This document shows positions 28,056-38,544 of a stretch of 64,000 nt of DNA, piece after piece. Both the position numbers and the translations under genes were made by a program. Each line of letters begins with the position of its first letter. Position 1 is the first letter of the stretch. The notes beneath the pieces are model-generated. The model ran no database searches and was not told where the DNA came from. It saw only the letters and a list, made by a program, of their open reading frames with translations. Origin of the DNA: a virus (lineage: Duplodnaviria > Heunggongvirae > Uroviricota > Caudoviricetes); the IMG/VR virus record IMGVR_UViG_3300029517_000186; one strand, written 5' to 3'.

Positions 28056-30977
28056 TTAAGATACTGACTTCTTATTTTTAGGCTTAGTACTATATGCAGC
28101 AGCAATTTTTTTTGTATCAATTTTTGCAAGTGCTGATGAATTCTTCTTAGCTTTAACAGGAGAAGATGCATGAGAATTAGCTCTTACCTTTTTAATCTTA
28201 GCATCCTGTTCTCTTAACTTAGCAGCTTCTTTTAATGCCTTGTTTGGGTCAATAGGAACATAATTAGTATTAGTTACATCAAATACTTCCTTAAGGAATG
28301 TATTATATATTTCTCCATGTTCCTTATCTGAATAACAAACATATTGACCTGTTATAAATAATTCATCCTTTGCTCTGGTTAAGGAAACAAATAATAATCT
28401 TCTCATTTCCTCAATTTCTTTTTCATGATTAACTTTATTACGAATGCTATGCAAATGCTTGCTATCATACTTTGTAACACTGTTAAATATAACCGGCCAT
28501 TCAAGTCCCTTTGATGAATGAGCTGTTGTAAGTACAACACCTTCGTAAGTCTGCTCCATTTTCTTACAGCAATTAGTTCCAAATACTTTAAAATCCTGAA
28601 TATATTCCAATTCAGACTGTAAATCCTCATTTGCATATACCAAATCTAAAAAATATTCATAGATTTCATCTCCTTCATCTCCCTTAAGTGCGTCAAGCAT
28701 ATTATGGAAAATTTGTCTCTGAGACGGAATCGCTATCATATCCATATTCATAAACTGCTGCTTTAATTTAGAGATTTCATCATTAATATCATTAAATGAT
28801 AAAAGATTTAATATTTCTCCATTATATTTCGCAGCCAGATAATCTAAATAAAGCTTATCTGCTTCAGGCTGATAAAATGCATCAGCTAAAGATAATGCAG
28901 CTTTAACCTTTCCGTTTTCAGCTAATGGCATTGGATTCATCATAACCCAAGGAATGTTTGCTTTTGATAATGCGGCCCCAATAGAAACAAGTTCAGCCTT
29001 TGTATATGTAAGCACTGCAATGTCTTCTGGAATATGTTCGTTTAAATCCAACATCTCTTTAATTGTATCTACAATATACTCAATTTCTTCATCTTTGCTA
29101 TAAAAGCCCTTTACTGTTACAGGTGCACCATGATCCTTACATGGATTCATAGCTTTAATAAGTCTTTCCTTATTAAGTGCTTCTATATCAGTTGCGACCT
29201 TAAGTATTTCAGGAGTACTTCTTCTATTAACTGATAGATTAATATCTATACCTTTTATGCCTAACTTATCGAAGAAATGAATCATGTTTTCCGGAGATGT
29301 ATGTCTGAACCCATAAATACTCTGAGAATCATCACCTACAACCATTAAAGACTCAAAACATTTACAATTACATAGCTCCTTTATTGTATCCATCTGAATA
29401 TCATTAGAATCCTGAAATTCATCTACTATAATATGCTTAAAACCTAATCTTTCTAAATAACCCGGATGCGCATTGATAATGTTAAACATCATTGGTTCCT
29501 GATCAGCAAATGTAATAAGTGAATCTTCAAGTAGCTGTTTCTGGTATTCAGAATATAAATCCATTAACTGTGTAACAGCAATACCAGTGCCCATAAATCT
29601 TGAATAGCCCTTATCTCTTAAAAGTTCTGTAAGCTGATTATTTGCATCTGGAAGTGTAATATCAACATGTTCAGTTTTAATTAACTCAAAGCATTTTTCA
29701 GCACAAGCTAATGCACCTCTTAAGTTAGGTGTATCTGTCATAAAGTTCAAGTAATCGATTCCGTTAATATGATTATCAGTTAATAATTGAGTAATAATCT
29801 TACGATTTCTTACATCATCAATTACAACAGGAGGATTTGTAAATCCCAATTCCTTATACTCAAATTTAACAATATTATAAGCAAAACTGTTAAAAGTCAT
29901 TGCCTGAATATCGTCAGGGCTTACAGAAAGTCCATAAGTTAAACACTTACTTGCAATCCTTGTTTTCATTTCTGCTGCACCTGCGTCTGTAAATGTTATA
30001 AATAGCATTTCTTCCGGCTTAACACCTTCAACAAACATTTGTGCTCCTCTTTCAGTAACACATTCTGTTTTACCTGCACCGGCTGTAGCAATTACCCTTG
30101 CAATTCCTTTTCTAAAATCAACTATCTGCTGCTGTTCGTCTGATAAAATAATTTTATCTCTCTTCTTAAGCGTTTTCTTTTCGAAATGTGCAGGAGTTTT
30201 TGTATAATGGCAAAGCATATTATAAGAACATGTTTTACAATCATCTTCTGTACACTGAATATGACCCTGCTCAGATAAATTGATCTGCTTGATATAATCT
30301 AATTCTTCTCCACAAAGGCTATCTTTACCCCATTCAACTTCTTTTTCAAATGAAACAACATTACCGCCATAACCTGAAAAGAAATCAGCATCAGTCATAC
30401 ATTTAGAAGTATCTGTGCTTTTTCTTAAGTAATAATAAGATCCTTTAATAATCTTTTTTTCACCTGGTTTAAGTAATGATTTTGCATATAAATATAATGC
30501 ATATATTTCCGGACACTTTAAAACAGATAAATCCTGTTTCTTACCTGAGACAGTTACCACGGGCTTTGAAGCAAAAAACTTGATTGCTTCAATTTCATTT
30601 TTATTAACAGAAACAGCATCAGGTCTAATATGAATTGCATAATCCTGGCTTACAGGAATATCCTTAGCATCAACTTCAACTTCAAGTTTTCTTTTTTCAC
30701 AAGACGCATATCTTGTAAGAATTTCTGTAAGACGCTTAATTCTTCCTTCATTAGTTTCCACGGGTAAATTATTCTCTTCAACACCTTCAGACACTAAATC
30801 GTGAAATTCATTAATCTGAAACTCACCTTTTAAATAACCCATAATAATCTGCTTAATGATAATAGCATTATCATAATTGTCATTTTTCTTTGTAGTAACT
30901 TCAATTTCCTTTTTTAAGTTCTTCATAAGACGACAATGATATTTGCCTCTTAACTCTTCTGATTTTAATACTTTCAT
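28056..30977 (-). CDS. UvrD/PcrA-family SF1 helicase with a Cys-rich, Cas4/RecB-like nuclease-type N-terminal domain (tentative)
   Basis: Walker A ATAGAGKTE; IIVDEFQDSN; VSLTRAKDELFI; N-terminal four-Cys cluster C..CTEDDCKTCSYNMLC. Confidence 0.8.
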   Translation of the reverse strand: MKVLKSEELRGKYHCRLMKNLKKEIEVTTKKNDNYDNAIIIKQIIMGYLKGEFQINEFHDLVSEGVEENNLPVETNEGRIKRLTEILTRYASCEKRKLEVEVDAKDIPVSQDYAIHIRPDAVSVNKNEIEAIKFFASKPVVTVSGKKQDLSVLKCPEIYALYLYAKSLLKPGEKKIIKGSYYYLRKSTDTSKCMTDADFFSGYGGNVVSFEKEVEWGKDSLCGEELDYIKQINLSEQGHIQCTEDDCKTCSYNMLCHYTKTPAHFEKKTLKKRDKIILSDEQQQIVDFRKGIARVIATAGAGKTECVTERGAQMFVEGVKPEEMLFITFTDAGAAEMKTRIASKCLTYGLSVSPDDIQAMTFNSFAYNIVKFEYKELGFTNPPVVIDDVRNRKIITQLLTDNHINGIDYLNFMTDTPNLRGALACAEKCFELIKTEHVDITLPDANNQLTELLRDKGYSRFMGTGIAVTQLMDLYSEYQKQLLEDSLITFADQEPMMFNIINAHPGYLERLGFKHIIVDEFQDSNDIQMDTIKELCNCKCFESLMVVGDDSQSIYGFRHTSPENMIHFFDKLGIKGIDINLSVNRRSTPEILKVATDIEALNKERLIKAMNPCKDHGAPVTVKGFYSKDEEIEYIVDTIKEMLDLNEHIPEDIAVLTYTKAELVSIGAALSKANIPWVMMNPMPLAENGKVKAALSLADAFYQPEADKLYLDYLAAKYNGEILNLLSFNDINDEISKLKQQFMNMDMIAIPSQRQIFHNMLDALKGDEGDEIYEYFLDLVYANEDLQSELEYIQDFKVFGTNCCKKMEQTYEGVVLTTAHSSKGLEWPVIFNSVTKYDSKHLHSIRNKVNHEKEIEEMRRLLFVSLTRAKDELFITGQYVCYSDKEHGEIYNTFLKEVFDVTNTNYVPIDPNKALKEAAKLREQDAKIKKVRANSHASSPVKAKKNSSALAKIDTKKIAAAYSTKPKNKKSVS

Positions 30978-31010
30978 AAAATATCTCCTTTATTATTTTG
31001 ATAAAGAAAA

Positions 31011-31023
31011 TATGACAGAAAAA
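31011..31023 (-). promoter_or_regulatory. conserved promoter motif
   Basis: TATGACAGAAAAA upstream of the helicase gene. Confidence 0.55.
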
Positions 31024-31202
31024 ATATTCAAAAGTAACAATAATTCCATCTTGAAATTTAATATCAATATCCACAGCGCTTCTTATTTAATTAACTTAGC
31101 TTTAAATTAATTTCTTTATGCAATATTGCTTTATTTCCAAGGCCTTTATTATAAAAAGGACAGGCTGATTATACTTCAACCTGTCCTTAAAATTATATAT
31201 TT

Positions 31203-32777
31203 TTACTTAGTAGAATTCTTTTCTGACTTAGACACTTTTTCAGGAACATTCTTTACAGTTACCTTAATCTCCGGGTCAGCATCTTCTGGAATGCCTGTAA
31301 AGTTCACATTCTTTGTTGTCTTGGCATCATATGTATTAGCCTTCATTACTTCTGTTAAATCAAAGCCAGTTGTTTCCTTAACGGATTCAATTGTCTTTGC
31401 AAGTACTGATGGTACATTACTGCTGAATGAACCTACTCCGGTTTCACCATTACCACTGTCAATAATAGTTACCTTATCAATGGCTTCTAATGGCTTTGCA
31501 ATAGCTCCTGCCATCTCTGGAAGTACTTTGATAATCATTTCAGTCATGGCAGCTTTACCATACTTAGCCATTGCATCTGCTTTCTTCTCCATAGCTTCAG
31601 CTTCAGCTAATCCCCTTGCCTTAATACTTTCAGCATCAGCAACACCTTTTGCCTTAATACTCTCTGCTTCTGCAAAGCCCTGTGCCTTTACTGCTTCAGC
31701 TTCCTGTTCCTTAGCAAATCTGTCTGCTTCTGCCTGTGATTTCTTAGCTTCAGCCTGCTTCTGAATTTCAAACTGCTTTGCTTCTGCTTCCTTCTGTCTC
31801 TGATAAAGTTCTGCATCTGCCTTCTGCTGTGCTGCATACTTTTCAGCTTCAGCCTGCTTACGGATATCGGCATCAAGTGTCTTTTCCTTAACAGTGATTT
31901 CCTTTTCTCTTAATTCAATTTCCTTTTCCTGCTTTGCAATATTAGCATTGGCAGTTGTAATTTCAATTGTCTTTCTCTGTTCCTGCTGCTGAATTTCATA
32001 TGCCGCATCAGCTTCAGCCTTCTTGACATCTGCTGCTCTCTTTAATTCCTGCTTCTTTATCTCAAGTTCATTATTTCTTTCTGCAATAGCTGTCTCAGCT
32101 TCAATCCTTGCATCATTTGCCTGCTTTTCAGCATTAGCCTTTGCAACTGCAATATCTCTTTCAGACTCAGCTCTTGATATCTGTGCTGACTTACTGATAC
32201 TTACAACCCTGTCAATACCAAGATTTTCAATAACATTACCTTCATCTGTAACATTCTGAACATTAAAGCTTACAATTTCAAGACCCATTCTTTCCATATC
32301 AGGAGCAGCATTCTCCTGTACCTTTTCAGCAAATAACTTTCTGTCCTGTACAATATCCTCAAGCTTCATCTGTCCTATAATTTCACGGACATTACCTTCA
32401 AGTACATCTACAACTGATTCTCTGATATAATCTGAATTTTTATTAAGGAAGTTACTTGCCGCTTTTCCAAGCATTTCAGGTGATGAACCAATCTTAATCT
32501 TTACAGCAGAATCAATATTAACATTGATATACTCATTTGTTGGTACTGATTCCTTTGTCTTGACATCAACAGAAATCATCTTTAAATCAAGTTTATCAAC
32601 TCTCTGTAAAAATGGTATCTTAAGTGATGACCTTCCAATTACATACTTAGGTGTCTTTCTAAGTCCTGATACAATAAGTGCCTTGTCTGTCGGGGCCTTA
32701 ATATAACTTGCAAATAATAATGCAATTAATACTACAACCACCGCTACTACAATTCCAATCGTTACTTCAATTCCCAT
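31203..32777 (-). CDS. flotillin-like SPFH/band-7 protein
   Basis: N-terminal TM plus SPFH domain; long EA-rich coiled coil (AEAEKYAAQQKADAELYQRQKEAEA...). Confidence 0.85.
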   Translation of the reverse strand: MGIEVTIGIVVAVVVVLIALLFASYIKAPTDKALIVSGLRKTPKYVIGRSSLKIPFLQRVDKLDLKMISVDVKTKESVPTNEYINVNIDSAVKIKIGSSPEMLGKAASNFLNKNSDYIRESVVDVLEGNVREIIGQMKLEDIVQDRKLFAEKVQENAAPDMERMGLEIVSFNVQNVTDEGNVIENLGIDRVVSISKSAQISRAESERDIAVAKANAEKQANDARIEAETAIAERNNELEIKKQELKRAADVKKAEADAAYEIQQQEQRKTIEITTANANIAKQEKEIELREKEITVKEKTLDADIRKQAEAEKYAAQQKADAELYQRQKEAEAKQFEIQKQAEAKKSQAEADRFAKEQEAEAVKAQGFAEAESIKAKGVADAESIKARGLAEAEAMEKKADAMAKYGKAAMTEMIIKVLPEMAGAIAKPLEAIDKVTIIDSGNGETGVGSFSSNVPSVLAKTIESVKETTGFDLTEVMKANTYDAKTTKNVNFTGIPEDADPEIKVTVKNVPEKVSKSEKNSTK

Positions 32778-32813
32778 AAATTTTATTCCTTTCTTTTAGT
32801 AAAAATAAGCATG

Positions 32814-32868
32814 AACTACTCACAAACGACATTAGTCGGGTGGAGCTTTCTTGCTTGATTGCGATAAA
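32814..32868 (-). repeat. copy 3 of the structured repeat element, in the 5'UTR of the flotillin gene between its class II promoter and RBS
   Basis: GAACTACTCACAAACGACATTAGTCGGGTGGAGCTTTCTTGCTTGATTGCGATAA. Confidence 0.7.
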
Positions 32869-32908
32869 CATCTTTTAAATTATTTTGTTTACGCCAGTCA
32901 TTAATAAT

Positions 32909-32921
32909 ATGACAGATATTT
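32909..32921 (-). promoter_or_regulatory. class II promoter for the flotillin gene
   Basis: TATGACAGATAT plus TTTTTTTTACATAAAAAAA; terminator at 32940..32972. Confidence 0.55.
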
Positions 32922-32995
32922 AATTTATTTTTTTTACATAAAAAAATGGCTATGTTTTCACATAGCCATTCAGGAGGGAGGTTTAAAATTTATTG

Positions 32996-33421
32996 TCAAG
33001 CATACAGTGCATAGGTATGCTTATGAGTCAAACTTTTTGCTGCCGCAATATCTCTTTGAATAAATTCTTTGTTAATTCTTTTTTCGTAAGACTTAACAAT
33101 ATTCTGGAAGTTATGTAAACAGCTTTCAATTGATGACTGCAATTCTGAATATACGCAATCATTTCTCATGTCAATATTATCAGAATTAATAAAAATACTG
33201 ACAACATTGCAATCTGGTTCAGGCATTCCGTCATCTGTATAATAGCAATCGCTACCCATAAAAAGCACATATTTACCTTCACCAAACACTAATTTTTTAT
33301 CCATATAAATGTAAGATTCATCTTCATCTATATAGACCTCTGTTTCTCCAATTGATTCATCAAACATATTATTTTCAAATATGTCAATGTCTTCTTCTTT
33401 TATATCAAATAAATCTAACAT
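32996..33421 (-). CDS. hypothetical protein
   Basis: AAGGAGGA RBS and ATG at 33421 (MLDLFDIKEED...); the longer track ORF contains the promoter and is rejected. Confidence 0.55.
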   Translation of the reverse strand: MLDLFDIKEEDIDIFENNMFDESIGETEVYIDEDESYIYMDKKLVFGEGKYVLFMGSDCYYTDDGMPEPDCNVVSIFINSDNIDMRNDCVYSELQSSIESCLHNFQNIVKSYEKRINKEFIQRDIAAAKSLTHKHTYALYA

Positions 33422-33457
33422 ACTGTATGTCCTCCTTTTAAATTGATTTATCTTATA

Positions 33458-33470
33458 TATGACTGAAAAA
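33458..33470 (-). promoter_or_regulatory. conserved promoter motif (variant TATGACTGAAAAA)
   Basis: Upstream of 32996..33421. Confidence 0.45.
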
Positions 33471-33531
33471 TAAAATAAGATAAACAAAAAATGCATTTCT
33501 ATTTATTAATATAGAAATGCATTTAACACAA

Positions 33532-34470
33532 TTAAATATATTCAATTTTTAATTCTTCAGTTTTAAGCCATGCATTCATGATTTTGTTATATAATTCTTT
33601 AAGTCTCTTTATTTCTTTTTTCGTTAAATGAACAACATTAACTAACATTTTATTTGAAGAACCTGCTAATTTATTCAAGATAACCTGTTTATCTTTAATT
33701 AGATAAACAATTCGTGTACAAGCCAAATTTACTGCACAATCTGGATTTTCCTGAATCAAATCATTGAATGTAAATCTTGAGTTAATGCCATTTTTTTTTA
33801 TTAACCAAACGGCTTCAAGAGTTTCGTCAAATTTTACATTTGAAGCTTTCTTATCTGTACTATAAACATAATCCTTTTCTGCAACACAATTATCCGGTAT
33901 ATCAATTATAGACGGTTCATATTGCAAACAATCTATTATAGAACCATTTTTATCAAATATATTTAATGGATAATCCTGAATTCCTATTAATTTTAAGTCT
34001 TCAGATGTAAATATATTTTTGATAGGATTGTCAATGGCTTTAGATTTTTCTTCATTAGAATTATTATTTTTAACAGATAACTTTCCTGAAGAATCTATAG
34101 AAACAATACCCCAAGATGATTTATTATTTGCTTCTTCTAATGCGTAATTTGACTTATCTCCAGGACATAATTCAGCAAGCCAATTTAATGTCTGTCCATA
34201 ATTTAGCCCTGTTTTTAATTGGACCAGTTTAATTACATTCCAACTTTCTCCACAAGCAAAGCAATGGATTCCCTTAAAATGCTTTTTTGAATCCACATAT
34301 ATACTTGCTGAACCAAAATGTTTATCATTATGAAACGGACATAAAATTTCTCGTTTATTCCCAGTAACTATATCCGTTCCTGCAGTAGCATTTGAAATTT
34401 TAATATTAAGCTTGTTTATAACATCTAACATATTAATGCTATCTACAATAGCTTGTCTATCATATCTCAT
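33532..34470 (-). CDS. CHC2 zinc-finger (primase-type) domain protein
   Basis: CPFHNDKHFGSASIYVDSKKHFKGIHCFACGESWNV matches the DnaG zinc-binding domain; no TOPRIM recognised. Confidence 0.65.
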   Translation of the reverse strand: MRYDRQAIVDSINMLDVINKLNIKISNATAGTDIVTGNKREILCPFHNDKHFGSASIYVDSKKHFKGIHCFACGESWNVIKLVQLKTGLNYGQTLNWLAELCPGDKSNYALEEANNKSSWGIVSIDSSGKLSVKNNNSNEEKSKAIDNPIKNIFTSEDLKLIGIQDYPLNIFDKNGSIIDCLQYEPSIIDIPDNCVAEKDYVYSTDKKASNVKFDETLEAVWLIKKNGINSRFTFNDLIQENPDCAVNLACTRIVYLIKDKQVILNKLAGSSNKMLVNVVHLTKKEIKRLKELYNKIMNAWLKTEELKIEYI

Positions 34471-34739
34471 GCAACTGCCTCCACAACAACTTCATTACCT
34501 TCAATATGCGCATTGCTGCAATATCCGCCAATTGCTTTAAGGGATTCAACAACCAGATCCTTTGTAGCATATAAATGATCTCCAGGAGCTAAATAAAAAA
34601 CATTTTCTTCACTGTTTATTAATTCAATGCCTTCTGATGAAGAAACATTTTTGCATACATATGGGTAATTATCCTCCTTATTTTTGTTAACTTCTACTGC
34701 TAAAGCCTTTCTCCATGGCGTAAAATCGAATTTATTCAT
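34467..34739 (-). CDS. hypothetical protein (translationally coupled, ATGA overlap)
   Basis: 90 aa; GGAGGA RBS; promoter at 34775. Confidence 0.55.
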   Translation of the reverse strand: MNKFDFTPWRKALAVEVNKNKEDNYPYVCKNVSSSEGIELINSEENVFYLAPGDHLYATKDLVVESLKAIGGYCSNAHIEGNEVVVEAVA

Positions 34740-34774
34740 AACAAATTCCTCCTTTAAATTTTTGATATAAAGGA

Positions 34775-34787
34775 TATGACAGAAAAA
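34775..34787 (-). promoter_or_regulatory. conserved promoter motif
   Basis: TATGACAGAAAAAAAA. Confidence 0.55.
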
Positions 34788-34888
34788 AAAGCATTAATGA
34801 AAGGAGATTCTAAATTCATGATGATATAACAAAAGCAGGAGATGCTTGCTTATCTCCTGCTAAAATATTAATTTCTAAATTATTTTAT

Positions 34889-34943
34889 GAATTATTCACA
34901 ACCGACTATTGTCAAATAGAGTTTTCTTGCTATTCTTCGATAA
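34889..34943 (-). repeat. copy 4 (degenerate) of the structured repeat element
   Basis: GAATTATTCACAACCGACTATTGTCAAATAGAGTTTTCTTGCTATTCTTCGATAA; stem-disrupting substitutions. Confidence 0.55.
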
Positions 34944-35002
34944 TATAGAAATAAAATTGATTTTTTCTTTTTAATTGAATATTTTATATATGACATAAAA
35001 TA

Positions 35003-35437
35003 TCATTTAATCAAAATTCTAATCAAATTAGAATCTGCATCTGCTACAAAGTTTTCTATTAAAACTATTTTTATAATGTTGCTTTTGTTATCCACGAATG
35101 TATATGTTAATACTGGATTTTCTAATACTGATTTATCCAGATCATAATATTTAATTAGTAAATTTCTTAACTTATCATAATTCATTATGAATTTATCTTT
35201 GTGATCATTTTGAATAATATGAACCTTCTTATCTTTAGCATTAAATCTTATTCTGTCTTCCGAAATTGTAAATGCAGAAATTCCATTGTATATATTAAAA
35301 TTATAACTAAAAATATATTCGTAATTAATTTCTGAAATGAAATTATTGATTATCTGATTTAATTCATACCTAATTTTTTGTCTTGATACTTGTTTTTGTT
35401 TTGTTTTTCTCATAATTTGAAACATAAAGTCCTCCAT
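35003..35437 (-). CDS. hypothetical protein (start uncertain)
   Basis: 144 aa; the first ATG lacks an SD; promoter at 35463. Confidence 0.45.
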   Translation of the reverse strand: MEDFMFQIMRKTKQKQVSRQKIRYELNQIINNFISEINYEYIFSYNFNIYNGISAFTISEDRIRFNAKDKKVHIIQNDHKDKFIMNYDKLRNLLIKYYDLDKSVLENPVLTYTFVDNKSNIIKIVLIENFVADADSNLIRILIK

Positions 35438-35462
35438 AATTAAAAAATATATTATATTTTTA

Positions 35463-35475
35463 ATATGACAGAGGA
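35463..35475 (-). promoter_or_regulatory. conserved promoter motif
   Basis: TATGACAGAGGAA; preceded by the terminator at 35478..35510 (AACTGTCAG ... CTGACAGTT). Confidence 0.5.
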
Positions 35476-35527
35476 AATAAAAAAACTGTCAGAAAACATC
35501 CTGACAGTTTAATTATGAAATAATAAA

Positions 35528-38062
35528 CTATAATTCTAATTCATCATCAAATAATTTATTTTCCTTATGTTCTACTTTAGATAAATTCTTTAAATCTAAC
35601 TCATCTGCTGCCTTTATTGTTACTTTTTCTAATTCCTTATTTGCAACAGGATTATCTAATTTTTCAGATTTACCGCAAAATTCATTAGAAATATAATCAA
35701 GGTCATACGATGATACTACCTTTGTATTCTCTTTCAGACCTTCTTTTTGAACATCTAGTGGATATAATGAGAACACTGTATCAGCCTCTTTTATATCAGT
35801 TGTAAGCTCTCCGCAGCCTTCAGCATATAAATCAAATAATTGTTTCATATCTGGAATAGCGTTATTTAATATATATCCTAATTCAACTGATGTCTGTTTA
35901 TTTAAATCATTTGAAACAACATTCTGCCCTAAATTTAAACTACCTACATGATCAATCCAATATGTCGCATCGTTTTCTACATCATAAACACATGGAGTTG
36001 CCATGGTTGATGCTGCATTTATTTTAATTGGATGCTCAATCTGTGATATTTCGAACTGTTTTCCAAGGAAAATAACAGATCGTTCATCTTTAGTAAAATC
36101 AATAACCTCATCATAATCATCATATTCAGCATCATGATCCCTATGACATGCTTTTCTTGTATCCATATACTCACCTAAAGAACCCTCTTTTTCCATTTCA
36201 ATAAATTTAAGTCCTTCAGCTTTATTAAATGGCACTGAGAATCCATGAATTTCTACAACAGCATATTTAATACCGGCATCTTTCATAGCTTTTTTATCTA
36301 ATAAAACCATTTCAGTAGCACCATTTGGGGCATCTGTGTAATCGCCACTATGTACACCAAATTTTCCGGATTTTAAATTATAATAATACAGGGTATCAAC
36401 TGCTATGTTTTTATCATTATAAAACTTAACACTTAAATCAATGTCCCCTCTTACTTCATGTCCATTATTATCCTTATAATTTTTCCAATATATTCCATAA
36501 GCTAACAAGTTTTTATCCTGATTACCGGATAATTTACTATATGGAGTAATAATATTACCTGCAGAACAATCTCTCATATCTCTTAAAGGAATTTTAATAT
36601 CTTCTAATTTAGGGTCAATATATACTTTACCCAACTGTTTTGTATCTGAAATGTTATGAACAATAGTCTGTCTAATAATATTTCTTATATTATTCATTTG
36701 AGCATCTGAAAGATGTAACGGTTTATTATCTGAAACTAATAATTTCCCATTTTTGTTCTTATAAATTCTATTCTCATGTTCTTTATTTCTTAATTCAAAC
36801 GAATTATACATAGTAAGCATTGATTGCACAGGAACATTACAATACATAATTTTGTTTGCAATTGAAGTTAAAGCTAAACCATTGCCTTCTTTTGCTGCTT
36901 TATCAACATACTGAATATAATGCTGAACAAAATACCCAGGGAAATTATCCGCAAGTTTATTAAATTTTTGTACATTTTCAAATGATGAAACTTTAATAAG
37001 ATTATCTATCGCTTTTTCAAACTGTCTTGGGACTGGAATAATATCCTTACCATTTTCATCCTTTTTTATTTTATTAGCAAGATTATCGAATGCCTTTACT
37101 ACTCTTTCAGGACCAGTATGTGAATCAATTCTATTCATTAATCTCTTATATAATCCTTCATCCTTCCAGATATCATAGTAAAGATTTGGACAGTTATTTA
37201 ACATATCCTTTATTAACCTTTTGTCTGAATTGGTTAACTTATATTTAACTTTGCCGTTCTTATTTGAAACTGTTTTCTTAGTATTTAATGATATATCATT
37301 AACTTTGCTTCCAAAATTCTGATTTGAAAGTTCTGCTGCAAATCTTAATACATCTTTAGAATCCTTTATCATATTAACTGCTGAATTTCTTGCCCCCAGT
37401 TTATATAATAGACTAGCTGTTTTAACTAAATTTTCTTTACTCTGATAAGGTATCTCGGTTGAAACAATTTGATCAATTTTAAACGGATATTCACGAAAAT
37501 ATGTTTCAACATCTTTCAAGTTTTCTTCATTCATACCTTTTGGCGCATGAATTCTGTTTATCATTAATTCATCTAATTCTTTTATATTTGTATTATTAAT
37601 TACCTTTAATTTGTCAGGGAAGTTTTCCAATAATGGGAGTCTATTAACTTTTTCCTCAGTTACAGAATCTCTTATCATCTGTGCTATCGTTTTACATCTT
37701 TCATCATCTGTCTGAGAAAATGTATAATATAATAACGAATTAATATATAATGCTTCCTCAGATTTATCCATGACTTCTTCCGGGAAATTAGGATAGAATA
37801 ACTCAACAGAATTAAATTCATCAATCCCTTTATATTCTTTAATAATATCTGTCAAATCATTATATACCCCACATATTTCCTGTGCAGGCAATTTAGCTAA
37901 TGCGGATATAGCATCCGTGCTTAATGTATAACCATAACTTTCCAAATTTCTATTGACTGATAAAGCCATATTAATGTTTTCATATTCAATATCAATGGGA
38001 TTTTGTGGGATTGAAAACTTAGATAGATTGTTAAATAAAATAGAATTAATAGATTTATTCAT
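35528..38062 (-). CDS. large hypothetical protein (844 aa)
   Basis: GGAGG RBS; roughly 450-nt 5' leader carrying three AAAAGTAGGATG repeats. Confidence 0.65.
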   Translation of the reverse strand: MNKSINSILFNNLSKFSIPQNPIDIEYENINMALSVNRNLESYGYTLSTDAISALAKLPAQEICGVYNDLTDIIKEYKGIDEFNSVELFYPNFPEEVMDKSEEALYINSLLYYTFSQTDDERCKTIAQMIRDSVTEEKVNRLPLLENFPDKLKVINNTNIKELDELMINRIHAPKGMNEENLKDVETYFREYPFKIDQIVSTEIPYQSKENLVKTASLLYKLGARNSAVNMIKDSKDVLRFAAELSNQNFGSKVNDISLNTKKTVSNKNGKVKYKLTNSDKRLIKDMLNNCPNLYYDIWKDEGLYKRLMNRIDSHTGPERVVKAFDNLANKIKKDENGKDIIPVPRQFEKAIDNLIKVSSFENVQKFNKLADNFPGYFVQHYIQYVDKAAKEGNGLALTSIANKIMYCNVPVQSMLTMYNSFELRNKEHENRIYKNKNGKLLVSDNKPLHLSDAQMNNIRNIIRQTIVHNISDTKQLGKVYIDPKLEDIKIPLRDMRDCSAGNIITPYSKLSGNQDKNLLAYGIYWKNYKDNNGHEVRGDIDLSVKFYNDKNIAVDTLYYYNLKSGKFGVHSGDYTDAPNGATEMVLLDKKAMKDAGIKYAVVEIHGFSVPFNKAEGLKFIEMEKEGSLGEYMDTRKACHRDHDAEYDDYDEVIDFTKDERSVIFLGKQFEISQIEHPIKINAASTMATPCVYDVENDATYWIDHVGSLNLGQNVVSNDLNKQTSVELGYILNNAIPDMKQLFDLYAEGCGELTTDIKEADTVFSLYPLDVQKEGLKENTKVVSSYDLDYISNEFCGKSEKLDNPVANKELEKVTIKAADELDLKNLSKVEHKENKLFDDELEL

Positions 38063-38201
38063 AATATAACCTCCAAAAAAATAAACACAATAGTTCTTAC
38101 AAAAAAAGTCTTAATATCATAGTTTATTTACTATGACATTAAGACTCAAATAATATAATAATCAGCGTTAAACAAAAAAATAATTTTCCATAATTTGAAA
38201 T

Positions 38202-38465
38202 AAAAGTAGGATGTTTAGCATAGATATTATTATATATTTTTATATTTTAATACATCAGCATATAGCAAAAGGATCTATGATTATAACAAGTTTATTCTTT
38301 ATTTAATCCCGCAGGATGTCTCAAAAGAAAACCTGATATAATCATACTTACTATCAGAATATTAAAAAGTAGGATGCTATATATATTATGCCTTAAAATA
38401 TAAATCTGAGTCAGCTTACAACAAATATAATAACCAAATTGTTTTTTATTTTAAAAAGTAGGATG
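38202..38465. repeat. three direct repeats AAAAGTAGGATG(T/C)T at 38202, 38365 and 38454 in the long leader of gene 35528..38062
   Basis: Exact 12-mer three times in 265 bp. Confidence 0.5.
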
Positions 38466-38513
38466 TTGTAAATAATACTCAAAATACTCCATTAATTTGA
38501 AAGCATATATAAT

Positions 38514-38526
38514 ATGACAGAAATAA
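38514..38526 (-). promoter_or_regulatory. conserved promoter motif heading the long leader
   Basis: TATGACAGAAATA immediately after the recA stop. Confidence 0.5.
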
Positions 38527-38544
38527 AAAATAATATGATGATTT

